Positions 8,778 through 19,309 of a stretch of DNA of 64,000 nt are shown piece by piece. The stretch is from an uncultured Lachnospiraceae bacterium (GTDB lineage: Bacteria; Bacillota; Clostridia; Christensenellales; UBA1242). The notes below the pieces were generated by a model. It was not told where the DNA came from, ran no database searches, and worked only from the letters and a program-made list of their open reading frames with translations. The DNA lies in contig CAYTHL010000002.1 in NCBI GenBank assembly GCA_964437615.1, positions 62 to 64,061 on the forward strand. The letters run 5' to 3'. Each line of letters starts with the position of its first letter. Within the stretch, counting starts at the first letter, position 1. The translations under genes and the position numbers were made by a program.

Positions 8778-10088
8778 TTAATCTTCTTTGCAAGTAATTT
8801 GGCTTAAAACAAAGTTGGCAAGAGAGTTTGCTTGCTCGCTGTTGTCACATTCTACCATAATGCGCAAAAGTTCCTCGGTGCCGCTTGGCCTAACAAGTAT
8901 GCGACCGCTGTCGCCCAAAATGCCGTCTACTACGCTTATAGCCTTGGCGAGTTTTTCGCCGCCCATTGCTCTAACTTTGTCGTCTACTGGCACGTTTATC
9001 ATAACTTGCGGTATAGGCGTAAAGTCCATTAATTCCTCTAAACTTTTGCCGCTTGACGCCACTATGGAAGACAGCAACAACGCAACCAATATGCCGTCGC
9101 CTGTTGGAAGCCTGTCGCTAACAATAATATGCCCCGACTGCTCACCGCCTAGGTTTGCCCCAAGTGTACGCATTTTGGCTATTACATATTTGTCGCCCAC
9201 ATCGGCACGAACCAGTTCTATGCCAAGTTTTGTAAGCTCCTTTTCTAGCCCCATATTGCTAAGCGAAGTTCCTACAACATACGGCTTAGACAATTTGCCA
9301 GTTTTTACAAAGTGCCTAGTTAGACACAGCAAAATGTTATCGCCGTTGTAAATTTTGCCATTGCCAGATGCCACAATTAGGCGGTCGGCGTCACCGTCGA
9401 AGGCAAAACCAAAGTCGGCATTTCTGCTAACCACTTTTTTGGCCAAATTTTGGGGGTGTGTTGCCCCGCAATTACAATTTATCTTGTTGCCATTTGTGCT
9501 GGCGCCAGTAAGCAATACATTTGCGCCCAGTTTTTTAAAGGCACTAGTGGCAAAATATCTGCCCGCGCCATTGCCGCAATCTAGCAAAATGCTAAGCCCT
9601 TTTAGGCTAGTGCAGCCCTGCAATAAAAAATCTAGATAGTCTTGCTTTAAACGTGGAATAAAATTTACTTTACCCGCCGCCCAGTTATCTGCCATAATTG
9701 GCTGAACAAGAAGGCGCTCTAAGCTATTTTCTAGTTCGGTAGAAAGTTTTTGGCCGCTGGCATCAAACACCTTTATGCCGTTATAAATTGGCGGATTGTG
9801 GCTTGCGCTAATAACTACGCCGAAGTCGTACTCGCCTTTGCCAGTAAGGTAGCTGACGCACGGGGTACTTGCCACGCCTATGTATGTTACATCAGCCCCG
9901 CCAAGCTGCGCACCAAGGGCAAGCGCTAGGCTAAGCATTTTGCCGCTTGGTCTGTTATCTTGACCTATCAAGATTTTGCAGCCTTTCTTTTGCCTAGCTA
10001 TGGCGTTGCCACAACTCATTGCCATTTGATAAGTTAACTCTTCGGTTACTATTCCTCTAATTCCGTCTGTTCCAAATATTGCGCCCAT
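8778..10088 (-). CDS. glmM: Phosphoglucosamine mutase
   Basis: 436 aa. Phosphoserine loop SASHNPPIYNGIK, metal site FDGDADR, GEQSGH loop. Confidence 0.95.
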   Translation of the reverse strand: MGAIFGTDGIRGIVTEELTYQMAMSCGNAIARQKKGCKILIGQDNRPSGKMLSLALALGAQLGGADVTYIGVASTPCVSYLTGKGEYDFGVVISASHNPPIYNGIKVFDASGQKLSTELENSLERLLVQPIMADNWAAGKVNFIPRLKQDYLDFLLQGCTSLKGLSILLDCGNGAGRYFATSAFKKLGANVLLTGASTNGNKINCNCGATHPQNLAKKVVSRNADFGFAFDGDADRLIVASGNGKIYNGDNILLCLTRHFVKTGKLSKPYVVGTSLSNMGLEKELTKLGIELVRADVGDKYVIAKMRTLGANLGGEQSGHIIVSDRLPTGDGILVALLLSSIVASSGKSLEELMDFTPIPQVMINVPVDDKVRAMGGEKLAKAISVVDGILGDSGRILVRPSGTEELLRIMVECDNSEQANSLANFVLSQITCKED

Positions 10089-10125
10089 AAAAATCTCCTT
10101 TTGACTGTGATGTTTTTTTGCTGCC

Positions 10126-10965
10126 CTATGGCCTTGGATGGTTTGGCTTAACAGTTGGGCGAACTCTGCCTATTATAAAGTCGTTTTCGGCAGATGACTG
10201 CGTTACCGTGGTTCCTGCGCAAACATAGGTAGATTTGGCAAGGGTTAACGGCGCTATTAGGTTGCAATTGCTGCCAATAAAGCAGTTGTCCGCCACATAT
10301 GTTTTGCTTTTTATTTTGCCGTTGTAGTTGGCAAAAATTACGCCACAACCAATGTTGCAGTTTTTGCCAACTGTGGCGTCGCCAACATAGGCAAGGTGGC
10401 TGACTTTGCTGTTTTGCCCCACGCTGCTGTTTTTAATCTCGCAAAAATTGCCAACACGCACATTTTCAGAAAGTAGCGTATTTGGCCGCAAATGAGCATA
10501 AGGGCCAATGGTGCAATTTTCGCCAACTACACTCTCCTCTACCATGCTTAAAATAACCCGCGCGGAAAAGTTTATATTGCTTTGGGTTATATGGTTGCCG
10601 TCCAAAATATCTGCATTTGCGCCAATATTGGATTTTGTTATATTATTGTTGTTGCCAATTTTTGCGGCATCAGAAAAACTGCTTTGCATTAGGCTATTGC
10701 TACTGCCAACAGTGACATTTTTAGCAAGCTTACTATTAGATATAATGTTGTTTATGCCAATTTTGCAACCATCAGAAATTGCCGTGTTTGTAATAAAATT
10801 TCCGGGCAAAATTGTGGCACTATTGCCTATTGTAACATTGCTACCTATAAAGTTTGGTGTATATAATGTTACATTTTTGCCAAGCTTGGCGTCTGGAGCA
10901 ATTGTTACGCCAGCATCACCAACAATAGTAACCTCTGCTCCATTTACAAAAATTGTATTGTTCAT
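10126..10965 (-). CDS. GlmU-like acetyltransferase, left-handed beta-helix domain only (no nucleotidyltransferase domain)
   Basis: 279 aa. The C-terminal ~130 aa (IGPYAHLRPNT...VGNFCEIKNS...SHLAYVGDA...NIGCGVIFANYNG) parallel the GlmU acetyltransferase domain. The N-terminal half is only hexapeptide repeats, and no LAAGxGTRM-type motif is present. Confidence 0.6.
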   Translation of the reverse strand: MNNTIFVNGAEVTIVGDAGVTIAPDAKLGKNVTLYTPNFIGSNVTIGNSATILPGNFITNTAISDGCKIGINNIISNSKLAKNVTVGSSNSLMQSSFSDAAKIGNNNNITKSNIGANADILDGNHITQSNINFSARVILSMVEESVVGENCTIGPYAHLRPNTLLSENVRVGNFCEIKNSSVGQNSKVSHLAYVGDATVGKNCNIGCGVIFANYNGKIKSKTYVADNCFIGSNCNLIAPLTLAKSTYVCAGTTVTQSSAENDFIIGRVRPTVKPNHPRP

Positions 10966-11205
10966 ACTTCCCCCAAAACAAATAAAGTTGTTTGATTAAT
11001 TATATGCTTATCTGCTTTTCTTTGTGATTTTTGTTTTGGTCAAAATTTTGTCCAAAGTGGTTATATAGCCCAAAAAATGGGGCAAAAAAGCCGATTTTTT
11101 AAAAAATTTTATAAAAAATAGTATAAAATTGTTTTACTAAACGATAATTAATGTGTTAAAATAACATCAGTAAGCATGATAAATGCTAAATAAATGGAGG
11201 TCTTT

Positions 11206-11478
11206 ATGAACAAGAATGAATTTCTAAGAGCGATTGCTGACAAAACTGGCGCGTCGCTTAAAGCAACTGGCGAATTTTACAACGCACTTGTAGAAGTTGT
11301 TGCTGAGGCTATGAAGGCTGGCGACAAAATTGCGCTTGTAGGCTTTGGCACATTTGAGGCTAAAAAGAAAGCTGCTAGAACTTGCAAAAACCCTCAAACA
11401 GGTAAGGCTGTTAAGGTTGCTGCTTGCAAAGCTCCTGCACTTAAATTTGGCAAAAGCTTTAAAGACAGCATCAACTAA
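11206..11478 (+). CDS. hup: DNA-binding protein HU
   Basis: MNKNEF...GFGTFE...R.GRNPQTG-like arm (ARTCKNPQTGKAV). GGAGG SD at 11196-11200. The track start at 11194 is over-extended. Confidence 0.9.
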   Translation: MNKNEFLRAIADKTGASLKATGEFYNALVEVVAEAMKAGDKIALVGFGTFEAKKKAARTCKNPQTGKAVKVAACKAPALKFGKSFKDSIN

Positions 11479-11494
11479 TCATAAAGCTGAACAC

Positions 11495-11527
11495 AAAAAG
11501 GGTTCCTTTGCTGGGGCTCTTTTTTGT
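11495..11527 (+). terminator. Intrinsic terminator of hup
   Basis: AAAAAGGGTTCC-TTTGCT-GGGGCTCTTTTT hairpin (with G-U pairs) followed by a T-run. Confidence 0.6.
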
Positions 11528-11934
11528 TGCAAATTTTTAATAGAAAAATCGGCTTGGCACCGACTGCTATAAAAGTACTTTTATTGTTGTTACCCTAAAA
11601 CTTGACACCATAGCACAATAAAAAGTTGTTGACTTTTTAAACTTTTTTGTGGCATCTTTTTTATTATACTGCCCACGCAATATGATATTGCCAGCATTAA
11701 TTGCAATTTTATTTTTAAAAGCAGTAGCATATCATAATGCTGTGTAATTTTTAGTCACTTTGTATTTATAAGGAATTGTTAATCATAAAAAACCAAAATT
11801 GTGCCTATATTAGCCCAATTTATTAATTTTTAAGCAAAATTTTTGCTTTTTTTTGATAAATGTGCCGCATTTTAGTAGAAATTTTTGCAGAAATGTTGTA
11901 TTATTTTTGTACAATTCTTTTTTTAGGAGCATTA

Positions 11935-12666
11935 ATGGATTTTAATAGTTGGATTATCTCTACCCCAATTGCAAACAGGGGTCTTTATAATAATGATATC
12001 CCAGAAAATAGTATTTTGGCAATTTCTAAAGCAATAAAAAGCGGATATGGCTTATGTTTAGATTGCCGCGCGCTTGCCGACAACACCATTGTAATTTTTA
12101 AAGACGAAAGCTTAGGCAGAATGACCGGCACTGACGGATTTATTAGCCATTGCACCTTAGCCGATATTGAGGGGCTAAAACTTGGTAAAACAGACGAACA
12201 CATACCTACCCTATCCGAAGTTTTAAAACTGGTTGACGGACAGGTGCCTATTATTTTAAATATCAAAAATTTAGATAAAGTTAGTTTTGAAAAGTATATT
12301 TGGAAAACAATAAAGGACTATAAGGGTGAGTGTGCTGTGGCTAGCGTTAACCCCTACTCTTTGGAGTGGTTTAAACTTAATGCGCCAAAGGTTAAGCGGG
12401 GGCAAATTAGCCGATATTTTAAACGCAGCGATTTTAAAAATAACGAACTTTCCTTTTTTGAAAGGTCTAAATTTAAAAGGCTTAAGTATAACAAAAGCGT
12501 TAGTGAGCCAAACTTTATAATTTATAACTGCGACAACTTGCCAAACAGATTTGTAAATAAATATAAAGATTTGCCAATTTTGGCGGACAATGTTAAATCT
12601 GCATCACAACTAGAGCGTGCAAAAAAATACTCTTATAATATAGTGTTTGAAGGAATAGAATTATAA
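11935..12666 (+). CDS. Glycerophosphodiester phosphodiesterase family protein
   Basis: IANRGLY..ENS..A...A...G.....D and the KDESLGRMTG pattern of the GDPD family. AGGAG SD at 11925-11929 precedes the ATG at 11935. The track start at 11860 is over-extended. Confidence 0.7.
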   Translation: MDFNSWIISTPIANRGLYNNDIPENSILAISKAIKSGYGLCLDCRALADNTIVIFKDESLGRMTGTDGFISHCTLADIEGLKLGKTDEHIPTLSEVLKLVDGQVPIILNIKNLDKVSFEKYIWKTIKDYKGECAVASVNPYSLEWFKLNAPKVKRGQISRYFKRSDFKNNELSFFERSKFKRLKYNKSVSEPNFIIYNCDNLPNRFVNKYKDLPILADNVKSASQLERAKKYSYNIVFEGIEL

Positions 12667-12886
12667 TTGCTTTGCTAAATTTTACAACATCCCAGTTTCC
12701 GCATTTTTTGTTTGAGGGAATATAAATATAATTACTTTGCTAAATAGATATTTGTTAAAAACACAATAAAGCAAAAAACAATTTTTTATAATTATTATCT
12801 AGGCAAAATTAATGTATAATTGCAAACGCTTAACCAAAACTAAACCTAGGTATAAAACTTAGGTTTTTTTAATTAAAGTTATTAAT

Positions 12887-12921
12887 AAAAAATAAGTAGC
12901 GGCACCCCACTACTTATTTTT
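12887..12921. terminator. Bidirectional terminator hairpin between convergent genes
   Basis: AAAAAATAAGTAG-CGGCACCCC-ACTACTTATTTTT. A second plus-strand hairpin lies at 12842-12870 (AAACCTAGG..CTTAGGTTTTTTT). Confidence 0.6.
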
Positions 12922-12940
12922 GTATTTTTCTACTTTTTTG

Positions 12941-13576
12941 TTAGTTTGCGTCTACAATTAAACTAATGTTTGTATAAATTTGATTTCCTGCACCACCAAC
13001 CTCTACTAGTTTGGTTGCCGTTTTGTCTGATACATATGCAGCTATAACAAAATGCCTTGTCTCCCCAGCTGCAAGTGTAATATTGCTTTGGGCAATTTTG
13101 CCAAATTCATCAAATGCTGACCACCTCCAGTAGTTAGGGTTGCGATTTTCGTCTATTGTAGTTGGATAGATGGTTGTGTCTATATCATAGATAGCAAATT
13201 GTGAATAAGTTGTAGCATCGTTATTACTTGTTGTATTAATTTTTAAGGTAAAAGTTTTGCTAACTGATGTATCATTGGTTACACTAACCTTTAATAGCTT
13301 AATTTGCTCTACATATGCTTCGTCGCTGTAAAAGATTTCCTCATAGTTGTTTACCTCTAGAGCATCCTCTATGTTACCGTTAAAAGCACAAGAAGGATCA
13401 AATACAATATTTTCATATGTTTTATTTGCTGACGATATATTAAATTTTACTTCTGCAAGACCAACTGCTGCAACGGGGTCGGCCAAAGCTAGTGCCACAC
13501 CAACAGATATTGTTAGGCTAGCTACAAATGCTACTATACTGGTTACAAACATTGCAATTATTCTTTTTTCTTTCAT
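12941..13576 (-). CDS. Secreted or membrane-anchored beta-rich hypothetical protein
   Basis: 211 aa. N-terminal K-rich region plus a hydrophobic signal anchor. No recognisable catalytic motif. Confidence 0.5.
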   Translation of the reverse strand: MKEKRIIAMFVTSIVAFVASLTISVGVALALADPVAAVGLAEVKFNISSANKTYENIVFDPSCAFNGNIEDALEVNNYEEIFYSDEAYVEQIKLLKVSVTNDTSVSKTFTLKINTTSNNDATTYSQFAIYDIDTTIYPTTIDENRNPNYWRWSAFDEFGKIAQSNITLAAGETRHFVIAAYVSDKTATKLVEVGGAGNQIYTNISLIVDAN

Positions 13577-13845
13577 ATTTGTAATCTCCTTTATAAACCC
13601 ACCTTTCTTGGTTTGTACTTAGATTATATAATAAAAAGAATAATTTGTCAATACTTAAAACAAAAAATTTTAATTATTTTTTAAATTTTATTTGGCAAAT
13701 TTAGTAATCAATTAAGCAAAATGTAAACTTTTTAACCATAAAAATGCAGTAATTGAACAAATATATACGCATTTTGCAGCAAAAACCATAAAAAATCTGC
13801 AATTTTTATAAAACTACTAGCGCAATTTTAGAATAATAGCGCAAT

Positions 13846-14817
13846 TTAGCTATTTTTATTAATATCAACCTGTTTATCCCAATATAAGTTTTTGTACGTC
13901 CTTCTAAGTTTAACAACCTTATTAATTTTAACTGGGCGCTTGTTTAATATGGTGCCACCATTAACTGTACGCTTTCTGTACATATCTTTCCACAGAAAAT
14001 AACTATATATATTACTGACCAAAGACAGTACCACATTTAGCATTTGCACTGGTTCGTTAGCAACACTAGAACCTGCTATTACAATTGTGATAAGCACACT
14101 AACCCACAGCGCTAAACTTATTAAGTTGTTTAATATAGAAAATATATAGGACTCCATATATCTTTGCGCACTGAGTATTTTGGTTAATATTCCTATTGCA
14201 AAGGTGATTGACGAAATAATTAGTGAAGTTGTTCCTAGCCAGCCTAAAAAGAAATATCCAACAACGCCCGAAACAGCAAACACCGCAAAACAAATAAACC
14301 AGCCGTTTGTTTTTAAACGCTTAATTTCTATCGACTTCTGCTCGTATTTGTTCTTTTGTTGAGCCTTTAAGTTCTTTGACCAGTTAATTATAGCCATAAT
14401 ATTTAGTGGAATGTTTATTATGCACATTCTGATTACTTCGCCCCAAAGCCCAGCCATTGTGCAAATTACTATATATACTAAGCAGTCGACAATTCCAAAA
14501 TAAATTCCACAAACCCTACCTCTTGCAACAAAGTCTATATTTATCATTAAAACAAAGGTTTCTATTACCGATAACCAGCTAGTTGGCCACAAGCATAAAA
14601 GCACTAGCGCTAGCGTCCCAAATATTATGTACCACCAAAATCTAAATTTATTTTCTCTATTTATTCGCCTTAATACCTCGAGCCTATCTACACCGACACC
14701 ATAAATTGCCGACAGCCTAACTGCCGAATTGATGCCCAAATTACCCCTAACATTGCCACGTATTAAGTTTCTTGAGTAACTTTCGCTTAAACTATTCTCT
14801 TGATACTTTTTTGTCAT
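13846..14817 (-). CDS. pnuC: PnuC-family (nicotinamide riboside) transporter-like membrane protein
   Basis: 323 aa, polytopic. ARGRVCGIYFGIVDCLVYIVICTMAGLWGEVI....NIPLNIMAIINWSKN parallels the conserved PnuC core (AKGK..NY.FGI......Y.....GLYGE........P....GW.NW). Confidence 0.55.
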   Translation of the reverse strand: MTKKYQENSLSESYSRNLIRGNVRGNLGINSAVRLSAIYGVGVDRLEVLRRINRENKFRFWWYIIFGTLALVLLCLWPTSWLSVIETFVLMINIDFVARGRVCGIYFGIVDCLVYIVICTMAGLWGEVIRMCIINIPLNIMAIINWSKNLKAQQKNKYEQKSIEIKRLKTNGWFICFAVFAVSGVVGYFFLGWLGTTSLIISSITFAIGILTKILSAQRYMESYIFSILNNLISLALWVSVLITIVIAGSSVANEPVQMLNVVLSLVSNIYSYFLWKDMYRKRTVNGGTILNKRPVKINKVVKLRRTYKNLYWDKQVDINKNS

Positions 14818-14948
14818 TTGTATTGCTCCAAAAACAAATTTAACATTAATTTATATCTTTTTTGCGGTAAATTCGCAATTACAGCAATTTGTTTAGTATA
14901 AATTATGCCAATTCCCGCAAAAATGCCAACTGTAAAGTTAAAATATTG

Positions 14949-17156
14949 CTATTTTTTGCCATTTTTAGCGCGTTTTACAGATGAGGTGTTGCCATTTTGA
15001 GGCAGCAAAACAGACGGCTTATCTACATAATAAATTTCTAGTTTGTGCAACGCTCTTGTGCATACAACATAAAATAGATTTCTTTCGGCAGGTGTGTACA
15101 GTTCTTCGCTTGCGTTGCTTACAAGCACCGCGTCAAATTCTAGCCCCTTTGCAAGGTATGACGGAATTATCATAATTTTGTCGCTCATGAAAATTTTGTC
15201 GCGCTTTGTAAACACTCTTGCTGTAAGTTTTTTCTGCCCAACAATTGCCGATTTAAATTCGTCAGCTTCTGCCTGCGTTTTAGTTATTATAGCAACAGTA
15301 TTAAACTTCTTTTTTAGCTCTAATGCCTCGGCAAGCAGCTTTTGATGCATATCTTTTTTGTCAATTTTTTGCACAAGCACTTCGTCGCCATGCCTATCTA
15401 TTTGGTTGTATAGCGGGCTGTCGGCAATTATACTTTTTGCAAAAGTGTTTATTTCTGATGTAGACCTATATGTTTTGCTTAGATAAAAGGTTTCTGCCTT
15501 GGCATTATCTCTATTTTGCCTCAATATATTTAATACGCTATCGTAGTTGTTGTATGACGAGAATGGCATTATGCACTGATTTATATCGCCAAGAATTGTA
15601 ATGTTTGCCGTTTTAAACATGCCCGCTAAAATTTTATATTGCATTAGTGAGTAATCTTGTGCCTCGTCTATAACAACAAACTTAATTTTATTTTGACTAA
15701 CCGAACCAAGCAGCCTATCTTTAAAATATAAATATCCGCAAACATCTTCGTATGGCATACTGCCTTTGGCTAATAGTCCGCTAGTGTAATTAAATATTTC
15801 GTCAAGTTCTTTTATGGTAAGTCTATTAGATTTTGGAGTGCCAGTGGTATTGTAAATTTCTTCTATTAACCCAACAAAATAGTCCCTATTAGAATACAGC
15901 CTATTGTAAAGTTCTTTTGGTTTTATACGCTCAATTTGCAATAATTTACGCAATTTTACATTGTTTCCTTGGCTTTTTTGCGTTTTTATGCTTGCATGCA
16001 AAATTATTTTTTCGGTAAGTTTTTTGTACTGCTCGGCAAGGCTAAGCCCGTCTTTTTCTAACTCTGATGCAAGCTTTGTTAGGTAATCTTGCTTAATTAC
16101 CACTTTGCCATCTAGCACTATATCTTTTAGCCCCAAAAGTTCGGGACGCAATTTGTGCAAATAACTTTCTATTAAATTAATATAAATTGCGCCAAACTTT
16201 AGTTTTATAGAGTTGTACTGCACATCTTTCTGCCCAGAAGAATAAACTTTTTCGTAAATATCAGCCAAACTTCCGGCAACTTTATACTCGGTTAGAAATG
16301 TCTTTATGTAGTCCATAAAGGTGGTTTGATAGACATTATCCTCGCCAATTTGCGGCAAAACGCCCGAAATATAGTTAGAAAAAATATCATTTGGCGACAA
16401 AATTAATATGTTACTGTTATTAATTTTATTTTTGTAAGCATAAAGCAGATAAGCAATTTTATGCATTGCAACACTAGTTTTGCCGCTGCCCGCAGGCCCA
16501 TTTACAACCAAGATATCAACATCATTTTTACGAATTACCTTGTTTTGGTCTTTTTGAATGGTGTTTACAATGTTGCGCATTTTGCTAGATGCATTTTCTT
16601 GCAACATTTGCCTAAGAATGTCATCTATTATCTGCATGTCGGTGTCAAAAATTTCTTTTATTTGGTCACCCTCTATTTTAAATTGTCGTTTAAGAGTAAT
16701 TTTGCCGCTAATTTTTTGCCCGCTTGGTAAAAAGTAAAATGCGTCGCCAACTTCAAAATCATAAAACATACTGCAAATTGGAGCACGCCAATCGTATACA
16801 TAAATCATTTCGCCATTTTGCAGAGTTGCAATGCCAAGATAGATAGCCAAAGTTTCTTCGCCGTCGTAAAAATCAAACCTAGCAAAATAGGCGCTTTTTA
16901 GCATACGCTTATAGCTTTTTAGCTTACTCTCGATATTGTTTTTGCTAAAACTGCGGCGATGAATATCGGCGATTGCATAGGTAAATTCGGTATCACTTAA
17001 ACGGTTTGTAGGGTCCCAAGCGTACTTCATTTCTTCTTGTAAATCTTCCTGAATGTCACCTACCTTTTTGTTGCCCTTTTCTATCTCTTTTTCTAGCGTA
17101 TAAAGCACAGATTTTAAGTATGTTATTTCTTGCTTCAATTCTGTCTTATCAATCAT
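14949..17156 (-). CDS. helD: HelD-type (helicase IV-like) UvrD-family ATPase
   Basis: YFARFDF..GEE....YLGIA.....YVYDWRAPICSMFYDF, Walker A VNGPAGSGKTSVA and IDEAQDY closely parallel B. subtilis HelD. The ATG at 17156 with a GGGGGA SD overlaps the rarA stop by 8 nt. Confidence 0.85.
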   Translation of the reverse strand: MIDKTELKQEITYLKSVLYTLEKEIEKGNKKVGDIQEDLQEEMKYAWDPTNRLSDTEFTYAIADIHRRSFSKNNIESKLKSYKRMLKSAYFARFDFYDGEETLAIYLGIATLQNGEMIYVYDWRAPICSMFYDFEVGDAFYFLPSGQKISGKITLKRQFKIEGDQIKEIFDTDMQIIDDILRQMLQENASSKMRNIVNTIQKDQNKVIRKNDVDILVVNGPAGSGKTSVAMHKIAYLLYAYKNKINNSNILILSPNDIFSNYISGVLPQIGEDNVYQTTFMDYIKTFLTEYKVAGSLADIYEKVYSSGQKDVQYNSIKLKFGAIYINLIESYLHKLRPELLGLKDIVLDGKVVIKQDYLTKLASELEKDGLSLAEQYKKLTEKIILHASIKTQKSQGNNVKLRKLLQIERIKPKELYNRLYSNRDYFVGLIEEIYNTTGTPKSNRLTIKELDEIFNYTSGLLAKGSMPYEDVCGYLYFKDRLLGSVSQNKIKFVVIDEAQDYSLMQYKILAGMFKTANITILGDINQCIMPFSSYNNYDSVLNILRQNRDNAKAETFYLSKTYRSTSEINTFAKSIIADSPLYNQIDRHGDEVLVQKIDKKDMHQKLLAEALELKKKFNTVAIITKTQAEADEFKSAIVGQKKLTARVFTKRDKIFMSDKIMIIPSYLAKGLEFDAVLVSNASEELYTPAERNLFYVVCTRALHKLEIYYVDKPSVLLPQNGNTSSVKRAKNGKK

Positions 17157-18483
17157 TTTTATCCCCCTTTTTGCCGTGCAGAGCCAAAATATCAACTTTT
17201 TTAGCCGAATTTTGCGGTTTTTTATCTGGCAGCACTATAGATTTTTCGCTTCCGTTTTGGCTTGGCGTGTAGTATCTATGGTCGGCTATTTCGGTAGGCA
17301 AATATTGCTGATCTACATAGCCCCCATAGTTGTGCGGATATTTGTAACTTTGTCGTTTTTCGTTAAAATAATTGTAATTTTTTAGGTGGTCTGGAACTGC
17401 GTCGTTGTAGGTTTGCTCTACATCGTTTTCAGCAGCATGCATTGCCACAACCACACTATTAGATTTTGGCGACATGCAGACATAAATAATCGCGTGCGAA
17501 AGCGGAATTAAGCCCTCGGGCTGACCCATTTTTTCTAGTGCAGTTAGGCTACTAACCGCCACAACCAAAGCCTGAGAATTTGCAAGCCCAACATCTTCGC
17601 TGGCATGTGCTATAAGTCTGCGCGCAATTAAAAGCGGATCGCACCCAGCCTTAATAAGACGCTGACTCCAATAGAGCGCCGCATCAGCATCACTGCCACG
17701 CAAACTTTTGCAAAAAGCAGACAGCATGTCATAGTACATATCGGTATCCACTGAAATAACCTTGCCTTGCGTGCACTGCTTAGCAATATCCTTTGTAATG
17801 GTTATTTTGCCCTCAACTTCGGGTGTTGACAAAACTGCCAATTCTAGCGAACCAAGCGCCACCCTAGCGTCTCCGCCACTGGTTAGCACAAAATGTTCTA
17901 AGGCGTCCGGCGTAATTACCACATTAAAATTGGCTAAACCGCGCTCATCTTTTAGTGTCCTTTGCAAAAGTGTGGATATATCCTGAGGCAAAAGCGGCTT
18001 AAACTGAAAAATTCGGCACCTGCTAACAATAGCACGCGTCATGCTAACCATGGGGTTTTCGGTAGTTGAACCAACAAAAACAATATAGCCCTTTTCTATG
18101 GCCTCAAGCATACAATCTGATTGCGCCTTGCTCCACCTGTGGCACTCATCTAACAGTAGATAGGTTTTTCTGCCACTAACTTCTAATTGTGATTTAGCTT
18201 GGTCGATAACTTTTTTTACATCAGCCACTCCACTACTAACAGCGTTTAACTGGACAAAATCGCTATTTGTAATATTGGCAATAATGCTAGCAAGCGTAGT
18301 TTTGCCAGTACCCGGCGGGCCATAAAAAATGCAACTGCCAAGCCTATCTGCCATGATAGCGCGGCGCAAAAGTGAATTTTTGCCAACAATATGCTGCTGC
18401 CCGACAAACTCGTCTAAATTGCTTGGACGCATACGCTCGGCTAGGGGTGCAGATTTTTGCAAATTTTGCTCAAATAAATTCAT
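17149..18483 (-). CDS. rarA: Replication-associated recombination protein A (AAA+ ATPase)
   Basis: PLAERMRPSNLDEFVGQQHIVG...FYGPPGTGKTTLA...LLDECHRWSKAQSD...VGSTTENP. Start set to MNLFEQ (ATG at 18483). Confidence 0.9.
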   Translation of the reverse strand: MNLFEQNLQKSAPLAERMRPSNLDEFVGQQHIVGKNSLLRRAIMADRLGSCIFYGPPGTGKTTLASIIANITNSDFVQLNAVSSGVADVKKVIDQAKSQLEVSGRKTYLLLDECHRWSKAQSDCMLEAIEKGYIVFVGSTTENPMVSMTRAIVSRCRIFQFKPLLPQDISTLLQRTLKDERGLANFNVVITPDALEHFVLTSGGDARVALGSLELAVLSTPEVEGKITITKDIAKQCTQGKVISVDTDMYYDMLSAFCKSLRGSDADAALYWSQRLIKAGCDPLLIARRLIAHASEDVGLANSQALVVAVSSLTALEKMGQPEGLIPLSHAIIYVCMSPKSNSVVVAMHAAENDVEQTYNDAVPDHLKNYNYFNEKRQSYKYPHNYGGYVDQQYLPTEIADHRYYTPSQNGSEKSIVLPDKKPQNSAKKVDILALHGKKGDKND

Positions 18484-18578
18484 GATATTATTATACCAAA
18501 AAGCAAAATTCTTGGCAAATGATATTTGCACCTTGTATATAACTTTTTATATAAAATTATTTATATAGCTAAATTAGT

Positions 18579-19295
18579 TTAAATATATTTGTTAAATAGA
18601 CGGATAATATTAGAAACTAAAAATGACAATGATTTATCCGTTTTGTTTAATTTGTCAATAAAATAAAAAACGCATTTTTTTATCTTTAAAAGTGAAATTT
18701 GACTAATTTTTAGCATATTTTGGTTATATTTTACATAACCGTAAATTTTTTCAAAATTGCTATTAGTTTCTTTGGGTGGCTTTGATGCCATTGCACCACT
18801 AACAATATTTGCCTGCACAAAAGAGAGTTCTTTAGAAATAGTCACAATTTTTTCTAGCATGTTAATAATTAAAAGTGATGGCAATATTTTTAGTTCTTTT
18901 TTGTAAAAGTTGCAAAAACCGTACCTATTGTTTATATAATCTTCGATATTTGCAAAATTTTGCTCAGCATAATTTACACAGTCTTTTGCAACTAGCTCTA
19001 TTAGAGGTTTACCTTTTGTGCCTCTAAATTTATCCAAACATTTATTTACGCTTTTTGCAACAATATTTCCAATACTAAATAAATTATCTTTATTATTGTA
19101 TATATTCCATTCAGGAAATAGGTCCGGCTGTTTGTTAATTATGCGTTTTAATTTTGCGGCAATGTTTGTAGTAGATAAATTGTATTGGCTAATTTTATAC
19201 CTTTTTGTACTGTTTTTACAATTTTTTTGCTCATTTTTGCACTTTTTATTTTTATGCGGAATATTGTCATAAATAGTTTTGGTAGACTTTTGCAT
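18579..19295 (-). CDS. Hypothetical K/N-rich protein
   Basis: 238-aa ORF with no SD and no recognisable motif. Its N-terminus (KKCKNEQKNCKN) is encoded by TTTTGCA-type repeats. Confidence 0.4.
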   Translation of the reverse strand: MQKSTKTIYDNIPHKNKKCKNEQKNCKNSTKRYKISQYNLSTTNIAAKLKRIINKQPDLFPEWNIYNNKDNLFSIGNIVAKSVNKCLDKFRGTKGKPLIELVAKDCVNYAEQNFANIEDYINNRYGFCNFYKKELKILPSLLIINMLEKIVTISKELSFVQANIVSGAMASKPPKETNSNFEKIYGYVKYNQNMLKISQISLLKIKKCVFYFIDKLNKTDKSLSFLVSNIIRLFNKYI

Positions 19296-19309
19296 AATTT
19301 ATTTTGGGC

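Noticed and set aside
8762-11190. A glmS ribozyme upstream of glmS or of the operon.
   Set aside because: The glmM-glmS gap is only 16 nt, and the conserved ribozyme core is not visible in the AT-rich operon leader. This was judged by eye only, so it is listed as a check under findings.
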